Part shown: in pieces, positions 18,661-27,023 of the stretch
Layout of the letters: each line of letters starts with the position of its first letter
Position numbering within the stretch: position 1 is the stretch's first letter
Assembly: GCA_045605805.1 (NCBI GenBank)
Contig: JAZUQR010000028.1
Location: 1-27,182, forward strand
Reading direction: 5' to 3'
Source: Alphaproteobacteria bacterium
GTDB taxonomy: Bacteria > Pseudomonadota > Alphaproteobacteria > CAAHEQ01 > UBA3637
Length of the DNA: 27,182 bases
Translations under genes and position numbers: made by a program
Notes under the pieces: model-generated
The model's database searches: none
What the model was told of the DNA's origin: nothing
Seen by the model: only the letters and a program-made list of their open reading frames with translations

Positions 18661-18828
18661 TGTAGTATTATTTAGTTTTTATTTTTAGGAAACCTGACCT
18701 TCACCGTGATTGTCAGTTTCATTTCCTATAATATTATTTATTCATTTCATTTCAAAAAAACTGTAAAAAATGCAACTTTTTTGAAAAAAAGTGAAAAAAA
18801 GTGAAAAAACTTCATGTAAAGTGATAAA

Positions 18829-19533
18829 TTACTTCTTCCACACATGAAGGCAATGTGACATTGCTCGTTTAATTGGTATAATTGGGGGAATTCTGCCTGT
18901 CAGATAATTCTTCAAGTAACCAATGTTTGCACACTCCACAAATAGAATTACAGACTTCAAGACTTGGATGTTTGAATAATGATTACCATTGAATTGACAG
19001 ACAAGGGCGTTTTGTTGGTTTGGTAACACACATTGCATAATTCTTATTCTTTCAGGCTTACAAACAATGTGACATAAACCTTGTAATGTTTCAAGCGGGT
19101 CACGATTAAACAAGTCAAAATAAAAAGGTTGTTCAAGCCACTTTATTATGTTTTCAATCATTGTCAAGTTTATTCCAAAACAAGAATTCAATGACTGTGT
19201 GTTTTCATTTGACATAAAACCCAAGTAATCACATTCACCCGTTGTCAATGGTTTATCAATGGGGCTTCTAAAAACAACACTTGACTTGGAAACAATGAGC
19301 GTTGAACCGTGGTTTTCTGCTAGAACTTTCAAGCATGATAGAAGTTTTAGAAAATTATTGTGTCCCCTTTGCGAAATGTCTATTCCAAACAAGTTCAATG
19401 AACCTTTTGGGGTATCTAATTTTTCAGGTGTAATGTAAATTACTTCCGCTGTTTTGTCAGACTTCTTTATTCCTTGGAAGTGCAAATGAAGAAGTTCTTG
19501 TTCGTCTTTATTGGTGAATGTTATGTAAGTCAT
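18829..19533 (-). CDS. Hypothetical protein (234 aa), possibly a divergent glycosyltransferase-like member of the sugar module
   Basis: Overlaps the end of the NeuA-like gene. No clear DxD motif, so function is uncertain. Confidence 0.6.
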   Translation of the reverse strand: MTYITFTNKDEQELLHLHFQGIKKSDKTAEVIYITPEKLDTPKGSLNLFGIDISQRGHNNFLKLLSCLKVLAENHGSTLIVSKSSVVFRSPIDKPLTTGECDYLGFMSNENTQSLNSCFGINLTMIENIIKWLEQPFYFDLFNRDPLETLQGLCHIVCKPERIRIMQCVLPNQQNALVCQFNGNHYSNIQVLKSVILFVECANIGYLKNYLTGRIPPIIPIKRAMSHCLHVWKK

Positions 19534-20287
19534 GTTTAGTGTTTAAGAATTGTTTTAGTTGTTCAGGATAATCAATATCAATGACCTGTCCGTTGTAATT
19601 TTCAATTAGGTTCTTGGGGCTGTCATGTCTCCAAAGAACTTGACTGTTCAAGAATTGTTTTCGTTTTCGGTACTGGTATTCAGTTTCAAAATTGTAACTT
19701 GCTTCAATACTGTCTTCATGATAATTTGGTTCTTTGAATATGTGGAAGCCATAAACCGCCCCGTCATACAACTTCAAGTAATCAATACCTGTGTTTCTTA
19801 TTGCTTCATTCCAGTTGTCACCGTTTGCATTGATTACCCGCCAAGGTTCTTCAAATGGAACTTTCACAAATGAAGTTACAAGTCGTGTGTCTTGCTTCAA
19901 TAAATCATTTATGACATCCACCAATAAACCGCTTCTTCTTTTTGGTTGCGTAAGTTGTAAAAGAATAATGATGTCTGCTTTGGTTTCTTCATCATACCAA
20001 TTCAATAAAGGCTTCATGTCATGTGATACTTCATCAGGGCAAAAGACTTTTCTAATTGGGAAGTTATACTTCAAATCTTCTTCATCATTGACAAGAACTT
20101 TCTAATTTCTCAATTCTACAACTTCAACTTTCAGATTGTTCTTGCCCCTCCACATTGAAACACATTGTTCTTTTATCAATTCAAGTTCATGCTCCAAATA
20201 TTCAAGCGTGAAGTGTCTCAAATAATGGTTCTTGTTCGGACATCGTTCTGAATGTTTTGTGTTTGGAATTAAAATTTCAATTTTCAT
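19508..20287 (-). CDS. NeuA/KdsB-like acylneuraminate cytidylyltransferase (259 aa) with in-frame TAG at 20102-20104
   Basis: ORFs 20102-20287 and 19508-20074 are in the same frame. N-terminal ILIPNTKHSERCPNKN resembles IPARxGSKRxPxKN. The C-terminal part has LLQLTQPKR, YDGAVY and IDIDYPEQL. Confidence 0.8.
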
Positions 20288-20874
20288 AAAAATACAATTT
20301 TACTTTGGTTTTTCATCCAATGTTGTTCTTTCTGCCAGTTGTAATGTTGGTTCATGTCAGTCATTCCGTTTGGGTAATTATGGGCGTTCTGACAATACTT
20401 CTTCACATTCTTGAAACCGTCTTGAAAATGACCGAACCCAATCAAATAAACCTTCTTGACATCTCTGTTCAAAAAATAATGAATTGATTGAATACCCGCT
20501 GAAACATTTTCATGACCAACTTCAACCAACAATTCATTCTTTTCACTTTCAGAATAACCAACAAATTGGTTTAATATAATTGTCTTCTTTGCTTTGTTCA
20601 ACACTTCATCAGTAAAGAAATTCATTCCGTTCTTAACCCATTGTTGCCACCTTGTAAAAATGAAGTCAGTTCTTGAACCAATGTCAAGTTCATTGCCATA
20701 CATTTTATTCACTCTTGCCACGATGTCAAAACGGTTGCCTTCAATTATGTTCTTCATTCTTCTTCCGTCTATGTCCTGACCGCTCCCAATAATTAGAACG
20801 GTCTTGTCTTTCAATCCAACTTCAATGTCATCAAATTCACATGAAGCCGTTTGGTCATTTGTAATTTCATTCAT
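20284..20874 (-). CDS. GT29 sialyltransferase-like glycosyltransferase (196 aa)
   Basis: Sialylmotif L-like VLIIGSG...FDIVARVN...IGSRTD, S-like SAGIQSI...VYLIGF and VS-like HYNWQKE. Confidence 0.7.
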   Translation of the reverse strand: MNEITNDQTASCEFDDIEVGLKDKTVLIIGSGQDIDGRRMKNIIEGNRFDIVARVNKMYGNELDIGSRTDFIFTRWQQWVKNGMNFFTDEVLNKAKKTIILNQFVGYSESEKNELLVEVGHENVSAGIQSIHYFLNRDVKKVYLIGFGHFQDGFKNVKKYCQNAHNYPNGMTDMNQHYNWQKEQHWMKNQSKIVFL

Positions 20875-20876
20875 GG

Positions 20877-21299
20877 TCAGTTTCTTTTCAAAATGTTTTC
20901 AATGTTTTTATTCTTACTGTTCAATTCTGCCATAACTCTGTTCAATTCATCATAATACTGATGTGTTGAAATTCCGAACAATGACTTCATTTCAAGAACT
21001 TTGAAATCCCTTTTGTTTAGTATGCTGTCAAGAATAACCGCACGGCTTGCAATTCTAGCGTATAATGCTTCAAGGTTCTTTTTAGACTTTCCGTTTGCTT
21101 GAATGTTGGTTATCCAATTCAAAATTGTTCGTATAACTTCAAGTCTATAATCTGCCATGTATTCTGTCAAATATTCAAGTTGGTCTTCATCAAATAAACC
21201 TTTTTCAAGGTCATGGGGAAGTGTTGCTTCACGCTTTATTTCCTATTCATTCCCAAAATTGTGAAGTTTCCAATCTTCTTTGTATTCAGTCTTGCTCAT
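20877..21299 (-). CDS. Hypothetical protein (140 aa) with in-frame TAG at 21243-21245
   Basis: ATG at 21299 preceded by AAGGGAG. MSKTEYKEDWKLHNFGNE*EIKREATLPHDLEKGLFDEDQLEYLTEYMADY... runs in frame into ORF 20877-21170. Confidence 0.72.
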
Positions 21300-21492
21300 T
21301 TGTTTTGTCTCCCTTCTTGAAAATGTAGTTGAAAAGTTTTACCATGTTTTCCCAAATTGCAACGGTTATTTCTTTGGCTAATTCCAAGGCAAAAGCAAAG
21401 AAAACTAAAATCATGACAAGTGCTATACTTGTTCCCAATAAATTAAAAAGTGCAATAAAGATGTTATCCATATATGTATTTAGTAATTTCAT
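21286..21492 (-). CDS. Small membrane protein (~68 aa)
   Basis: ATG at 21492 with GGAG upstream and a long hydrophobic stretch. The ORF-track extension to 21756 is antisense to the MTase. Confidence 0.6.
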   Translation of the reverse strand: MKLLNTYMDNIFIALFNLLGTSIALVMILVFFAFALELAKEITVAIWENMVKLFNYIFKKGDKTNEQD

Positions 21493-21523
21493 TCTCCGTT
21501 TTTTGTCACTTTTGGTAAAAAAC

Positions 21524-21551
21524 TTTACTTTTTTCAAAAAAAGTTTATAAT
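21524..21551 (+). promoter_or_regulatory. Sigma70-like promoter for the MTase (probably leaderless transcript)
   Basis: TTTACT (21524-29), 16 bp spacer, TATAAT (21546-51). The ATG follows 7 bp later with no SD. Confidence 0.55.
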
Positions 21552-21558
21552 TGGGCGT

Positions 21559-22494
21559 ATGGCTAAAATCACACATGACGAATTTTACACTCTGTTTCAA
21601 GATGTGGAAAATGAATTGAAACATTACAACTTCAAGAACGCTGTTGTATGGCTTCCGTGTGATAACTCTGCTTTTAGTTCTTTTTATCGTTACTTCTTTT
21701 TGAACTTTCATGAACTTGGTTTGAAAAAAGTAATCTGTTCTTGTTATGGCAAACAAGGCAAGGTTACAATCTTTGACGGAAGTTCAATTTCCACACATAT
21801 CTTGAACGGGGACGGTTCATTTGATTGTGATGAAGTGAAACCGTTTTTGAATGAATGTGACATTGTAGTTACAAATCCACCTTTTAGCAAGTTTGAACAG
21901 ATAACCGAACTTTGCATTGAAAACAACAAACGGTTCATTCTTCTTGGGTTCTTTGGTGTTCTTTACCGTCATAAAGTTTTTGAATTCCTGTTTCATGGCA
22001 AGTTGAAATTAGGCTATACAAGAAACAAGTCACTTGAATTCATTGTTCCTGATTGGTGTGATTATCACACAGAAAAGAACGGTGTTCATTATGTCACGCT
22101 GTCAAATGTGGTATTCTTCACAAACATTGACATTGATAAACAAGTTCAATTCAAGTCTGATGTCAAAATGTGTGATTATCCTTTTCAGAAATACAGCAAT
22201 TTTGACGCTTTTCACATTCCTGAATGTTCTCTTATTCCAAGTGACTGTTTTGAATTGTTGGCAGTTCCTTTGACTTATTTTACAATTCACGATGAAACCC
22301 AATTTGAAATTGTTGGAAGACTGCATTCATACCCAAAGAATGAACCTGAACATGGCAAGTATTGTGGAAAACGGGTCATGTGCATCAGTAAAGGCAAACA
22401 AGTTTATACAACGGGCGGGGTCATTGGTAATACTGCATACTTCACCCGCCTGTTAATCAAAAGGAAGTTCAATGGTTCTTCAACTTGTCAATGA
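21559..22494 (+). CDS. Adenine-specific DNA methyltransferase, EcoRI-methylase family (311 aa), orphan
   Basis: DEFYT, VVWLPCD, FHELGLKK, LNGDGSF and DIVVTNPPFS motifs. No adjacent endonuclease. Confidence 0.9.
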   Translation: MAKITHDEFYTLFQDVENELKHYNFKNAVVWLPCDNSAFSSFYRYFFLNFHELGLKKVICSCYGKQGKVTIFDGSSISTHILNGDGSFDCDEVKPFLNECDIVVTNPPFSKFEQITELCIENNKRFILLGFFGVLYRHKVFEFLFHGKLKLGYTRNKSLEFIVPDWCDYHTEKNGVHYVTLSNVVFFTNIDIDKQVQFKSDVKMCDYPFQKYSNFDAFHIPECSLIPSDCFELLAVPLTYFTIHDETQFEIVGRLHSYPKNEPEHGKYCGKRVMCISKGKQVYTTGGVIGNTAYFTRLLIKRKFNGSSTCQ

Positions 22495-22666
22495 CCTTTT
22501 TATTCACACAAATGAATTGTAAAATGTCAATGTCCTTGAACATCTTTGCAAGTTCAATGTAGTCATTGGCAAGTTCAATCTGTTGTTCAAAATGGTCAAT
22601 CAGTTCTTCTTCACATATATGGTGAAGTTCGGTTTCACATGTGTTGTCTTTCATTGGAATGTTCAT
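22469..22666 (-). CDS. Small acidic hypothetical protein (65 aa)
   Basis: ATG to TGA, convergent with and overlapping the 3' end of the MTase. Confidence 0.55.
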   Translation of the reverse strand: MNIPMKDNTCETELHHICEEELIDHFEQQIELANDYIELAKMFKDIDILQFICVNKKVIDKLKNH

Positions 22667-22797
22667 GAATTATTTTATGGCATTCTTTCCTTTTTATTTA
22701 TGTATAGAACGGGGGGTTGTTCCGTTTGGGTATAAAGTATCATGAAAAGGGCAATCCCCTTTTCTGTGTTGTATTATGTGGCAAGAATGAGCCATTT

Positions 22798-23680
22798 TGA
22801 AACTTGAAACTATAAGCACGGTATAATGACTTGTTTTTGACCCTGACAAAAAAATGATAACTTAAAAGTATAGTAACATAAAGTAATCTTCTTTCTTCTT
22901 TTATTACCATAGTTTCAAGTTATCATTTTATTCTAGTCTATTATTTTTGATTACTGTTCTTGTTTATGGTTCAAGTTTAGTTCAATGAAAAGTAATCAAG
23001 TCAAGTGTTCATGTCTATGGTTCAAGTCTAGTTCAACCAAAAAAAGAAATGAAGCCCACTTGCTCCGCAAGGGGCTGAATGAACGATAAAACAGAATGTT
23101 TTTTCAGGGGGCGTGGGGGGTGAAAACACCCCCACATCAATGAAAAGTAATCATGTCAAGTAATCAATACAGTATTCATGTCTATGTTTCAATGATACTG
23201 TTTTGAATACTGTTCAAGTCAAGTGTTCAAGTTTAGTGTTCTTGTTTATAATTCAAGTTTAGTTCAATGACATTGTTCTTGTCTATGGTTCAAGTAAAGT
23301 AATCAATACAGTATTCATGTCTATGTTTCAATGATACTGTTTTGAATACTGTTCTAGTCTATTATTCTTGATTACTGTTCTTGTCTATGGTTCAAGTCAA
23401 GTGATGTTGTTTCCGTTGGTTCCCCCCGTGAGGGAACCCCCCAACGGATTATTTTCTTTGTCGTTCCGTCTTGCCCCCTCCGTCCTCCTGGGGGGGCAAT
23501 CCGTCACTTATGTTGTTTTTAGGTTCAAGTCCAGTGTTCATGTTTAGTGTTCAGGTCTATAATAAAATGATAACTTAAAAGTATAGTAATATAAGATAAT
23601 CTTCTTTTATTACCATTATTTCAAGTTATCATTTTTTGGTTCAAGTAATCAATACACTGTGCTTATAGTTTCAAGTTTCA
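22798..23680. repeat. Symmetric non-coding repeat and hairpin array bounded by a perfect 22-bp inverted repeat; candidate replication origin
   Basis: TGAAACTTGAAACTATAAGCAC at 22798-22819 and its reverse complement at 23659-23680. Hairpin repeats at 22851-22929 and 23564-23635, a 58-bp exact repeat at 23158-23215 and 23297-23354, a 46-bp repeat at 22931-22976 and 23352-23397, and many GTTCWWGTYTA-like units. Confidence 0.85.
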
Positions 23681-23681
23681 T

Positions 23682-24575
23682 TCAAGCCCAAAAAAATTGA
23701 AACTTCACTTTGCCAAACTTCATGATGTCACCGTTCTGTTTGTCTTTCATCTTTCGTGAAAAGTTGGATTTGGCAACCTTGAATTCTTTTGCTGCTTCCG
23801 TCATGCTGTCAAATACTTTTTCAATTCCTGTTCCAACTTCAATGAACTTCATTCTTTTAGTCAAATGGTCATTGTTGCAACCTTTTGTTCTACCCTGTTT
23901 AACTTCTTCAATCTTTCCGTTCTTGTCCATTGTCAAACCCCTTTTCAAAAGTCTATTTGCAAAACAAGCGTTCATAAACACACGGTCTGTCAATTTGATG
24001 AAGTAATGTTTTTCAAGTTTGGTTTCTTCAATAAACTTCAATTCAGTTGAACACCATGTTTGAACCTTGGTTTCAGTTTCTCTTTCATGTACCGTGTAAC
24101 CCAATGTTGCCACCGTTATTGTTGATTTCTTGTTTAGATATATGTCAAGTTGGTTGTTCATTTTGCGTTTTGCAATCCTGTATTCAACTTCAATGTCATT
24201 GTTCTTGTCATGTGCCAACTCTGAAAGTTCTTCTTTCAACTTGTCATGTTTAATCTTTACTTCATCGTTGTTCAAGACATGTTTGTTTATGGTTTCAAAT
24301 ACTGCAAGTTCTGTGAATTTGCTTTGAAACTTTAATTCAACTTCACTGTGTTTGTTCTTCAACTTCTTTTCTATTGCAAAGAATGCCCCCTTATCTGTCA
24401 CCAAATAAAACCAGTTGAACGGAAAATGAAACACTTCTTCATTGATGTCATTGGGGAAGTTCTACTTCAACACTTGAACAATGATGTTGTTCTGTGTTAC
24501 TTTGTTGGTTGAACTTTGGAAGTCTGTCAAAAGGGCAAATTCAGGTTCGTTTGTTGTTTGGTTTTTCATCGTCAT
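23682..24575 (-). CDS. Putative DNA-binding protein with C-terminal NUMOD1-like HTH (297 aa) with in-frame TAG at 24462-24464
   Basis: MTMKNQTTNEPEFALLTDFQSSTNKVTQNNIIVQVLK*NFPNDINEEVFHFPFNW... is in frame with ORF 23682-24434. C-terminal KVFDSMTEAAKEFKVAKSNFSRKMK. Confidence 0.7.
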
Positions 24576-24649
24576 ATTTGTATTTAGTCATTTTAATTCT
24601 GTTCTAGTGAAAAAAATTGAATTTTCTTGAAAATAATTTTCAAACATGG

Positions 24650-24682
24650 TGAAATTCGCCTGAAATTCGGCTTGAATTCGGG
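24650..24682. repeat. Three tandem 11-bp units (TGAAATTCGCC / TGAAATTCGGC / TTGAATTCGGG), operator-like
   Basis: Seen directly. They lie upstream of gene 23682-24575. Confidence 0.6.
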
Positions 24683-24698
24683 TTCATGAACATGGAAT

Positions 24699-24739
24699 AA
24701 AAAAGGGGGCATGTGGCAACCCTAGAACCACATGCCCCC
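24699..24739 (-). terminator. Strong terminator downstream of the integrase
   Basis: 12-bp stem GGGGGCATGTGG/CCACATGCCCCC plus T6 on the minus strand. Confidence 0.85.
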
Positions 24740-24882
24740 CATAACGATGAAATACTATACAATACTACAAACAACGGGTTTCAACTTGTAAGAAACATTT
24801 ACATGTTTATGAAACTTACATTTTTATTTATACCATATTTTCCCAATGAGGGGAAGAAAACTTGAAAAAAGTTGAAAATAAT

Positions 24883-26388
24883 TTAATGTTCCATGATGAA
24901 CCTTGCCAGTTCTTCACCGTGTATTGCAACCAATTCTTCAAACTTCTTTTGAGCGTCTTTCTTTTCATCGTCAGATTTGTCAATGAGGGTATGAACAAGA
25001 AGGTTTGAACCGTCTTTGTCACGCTTCATGTCATGTTCAATTTGACGCTGTTCTTCAATTCTCTTCTTCTCCTCCAATTCATCAATGTATGCAACTTCAA
25101 GACCCCTTTTTGTTAATGGTATTTGAATGACCTTGTAAGCCATGTGGTTCAACATTGCTTCCGTTGTTCGTTTGGGGTCTGCTGCCAAGTCAAGGTAAAA
25201 CTTCGCTGTTGTATTGTTCGGTTTGTGACCCTGCAAGTAGTCAATCGCGTTCTGGTTAAAATGTTCAGCCGATAAAATAGAACTTACTGTTCCACGCAAT
25301 GAATAAAGACAATGTGTGTGGTATCTCTTACCGCTGGAAACTTTATGTGTTCCAAGTTCTTTCATCTCTCTGAATGCCCTGAACAAATATACAAGTGATT
25401 GTCCCCCCGCAATTGACAAGTAATCTTCAAAGTTCTTCTTGTTTGTTCCCTTGTCAGAATAAAATGAAAACACATACTTCTTGTTCAACGGTTCTTCTTT
25501 TTCGTGCCACTCCTGCATTTTCCAAAAGATTTCCAACAAATGAGGTGTCAAGAAAATTACAGTTGAAATTCCCTTTTTCTCTGTTTTGGTATGAACAATT
25601 GTCAATGTTCTTTTGGTGAAGTCTATTTGTTCCCATTTAAGAAGAACAATATCTTTGGGTCTGATACCTGTCAAGGCAAGTAAATAGACCATGCAAAAAC
25701 GCTGAACTTTTTCAACATCTCTTGCTTGCTTGATTTTCGTTTTCTGCCAAACAAGTGAAAACTTTAACAGTTCCCGTATCTCTTCGAGGGTAAGTCTTGC
25801 TTTACTCTGAATTGGTTCTTCCTGTGCAATCTTTTCAAGTTTGAGTGTTGCAAAAGGGTTCTTGTACCCAAGGGAACTGTCTTCAAATTCATCCATAATA
25901 ATGTTGAATACATACCCCAAACGCAACCAACGATGTTTTTTGTATGAGAATGTTCTTTTTTGTTGCTTCATCCATTCATGGAATTCTCTTGCAATCTTCT
26001 TGTTTATTTGGTGCAAGTAAATTTTTTCATGTCCTTTTTCTTTCAAGAATGTGCAGAATTCATTGACAATGTTCTTTGCCCTTTTTCTGTCCTGATAGTT
26101 CTTGCAACGGGTCAGGTTATCCCCTTCAACCTGTTCCAAATATTGAATTGCAAAGTATGGTGTTTCTCCTGTTTCAGTCAGGTCTTCATTGTTCTTAATT
26201 GCTTCACTTTTTTTGAGTGTCCAATTCTCTTGTTCTTTACAAAACTTTTTCAGTTCTTCAATTTTCAACTTGATTTCATTTGCTGTCATGTTTTCAGTTG
26301 AAACTTGTTTTCGGACATAGGTATTTTTCAAGTAATCCGTCCAACGATAGAAAATTTTTTTCTGTTTTTTGTCGTGCTTTATTTTCAT
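24883..26388 (-). CDS. int: Tyrosine recombinase / phage integrase (501 aa)
   Basis: LTGIRPKD (R), HTKT (K), YSLR (HxxR variant), LQGH (H) and TAKFY (catalytic Y). Adjacent to the att repeat. Confidence 0.93.
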   Translation of the reverse strand: MKIKHDKKQKKIFYRWTDYLKNTYVRKQVSTENMTANEIKLKIEELKKFCKEQENWTLKKSEAIKNNEDLTETGETPYFAIQYLEQVEGDNLTRCKNYQDRKRAKNIVNEFCTFLKEKGHEKIYLHQINKKIAREFHEWMKQQKRTFSYKKHRWLRLGYVFNIIMDEFEDSSLGYKNPFATLKLEKIAQEEPIQSKARLTLEEIRELLKFSLVWQKTKIKQARDVEKVQRFCMVYLLALTGIRPKDIVLLKWEQIDFTKRTLTIVHTKTEKKGISTVIFLTPHLLEIFWKMQEWHEKEEPLNKKYVFSFYSDKGTNKKNFEDYLSIAGGQSLVYLFRAFREMKELGTHKVSSGKRYHTHCLYSLRGTVSSILSAEHFNQNAIDYLQGHKPNNTTAKFYLDLAADPKRTTEAMLNHMAYKVIQIPLTKRGLEVAYIDELEEKKRIEEQRQIEHDMKRDKDGSNLLVHTLIDKSDDEKKDAQKKFEELVAIHGEELARFIMEH

Positions 26389-26429
26389 GACTGCAACTGT
26401 GGTTTGTGTTCTTGTTCTTGAAAATGGTT

Positions 26430-26449
26430 GCCCCCTTTTTCAAGGGGGC
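26430..26449. other. GC-rich hairpin between the 97-aa gene and int
   Basis: Stem GCCCCCTT/AAGGGGGC with no clear U-tract on the minus strand. Confidence 0.5.
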
Positions 26450-26456
26450 TGTCTGG

Positions 26457-26750
26457 TTAATCAATAAATGAAGAATACAAGTCCTGTAATCTGCTTCTTA
26501 ATTGGTCAAGTTCGTCTTCAATTTCTTCAAGTTCGCTGTTGTCAGTTTCCCACATTTCAAGCCGTTCTTGTGCTCGCTCGCTGTTTTCGTGTTCGTCAGC
26601 GTATTCTTCCGCTTTTTCAAGTTGGGGTTCAACATCGTCAATTCTGATGGTGTTCAAGGTGTCTTGAACCTGCATCAGAAGGCTGTCAATCTTGTCAAGT
26701 TTTTTGGCTATTCTCTTGTTCATGGCTGTGTGTTTTGTTGTGTTGGTCAT
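26457..26750 (-). CDS. Acidic coiled-coil hypothetical protein (97 aa)
   Basis: ATG to TAA with a heptad pattern. First gene inside the att site. Confidence 0.75.
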   Translation of the reverse strand: MTNTTKHTAMNKRIAKKLDKIDSLLMQVQDTLNTIRIDDVEPQLEKAEEYADEHENSERAQERLEMWETDNSELEEIEDELDQLRSRLQDLYSSFID

Positions 26751-26787
26751 AACTTACTAAAAATGAGGACCAAAGTCAAGCGTTTTT

Positions 26788-27023
26788 GTTGCCGTTTCGG
26801 TTGCCGTTTGGGGTCAAAATGGGGTAAGTCAAAAATACGCAAGTCAAAAAAAGGAAGTCATAAACATTGAGAAAAGAACACTTTACAACAATTCGCCAAA
26901 AAAGTGAATTCTGACTAAAGTTTTATGAATACGCAAGTTAGCGATAACACAACCCATTGCTGTTGTTTGTATTGAATAAGAATTTAGCAACTTTGTTGTC
27001 ACGAAAGTTGTCGATTTTTTGTC
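26788..27023. promoter_or_regulatory. attP-like region with putative integrase arm sites either side of the junction
   Basis: GTTGCCGTTT twice (26788, 26800) left of the junction, and GTTGTC / GTTGTC / TTTGTC (26995, 27007, 27018) right of it, with 11-12 bp periodicity. Confidence 0.55.

Larger units (their letters stand above)
129..26922 (-). mobile_element. Complete temperate prophage unit, ~26.8 kb, siphovirus-like (lambda GpA terminase, lambda-type portal, ClpP, tape measure)
   Basis: Bounded by the direct repeat, with an integrase at one end and ordered packaging, head, tail and lysis genes. No tail sheath was recognised. Confidence 0.92.

Noticed and set aside
21559-22666. Complete type II restriction-modification system
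   Set aside because: The neighbouring ORFs are too small and lack nuclease motifs.
22798-23680. CRISPR array
   Set aside because: The repeats are nested, vary in length and lack regular unique spacers. There are no cas genes.
163-26870. The many + strand ORFs other than the MTase
   Set aside because: They are antisense shadows of minus-strand genes, rich in Phe/Leu/Ser/Cys and without motifs.
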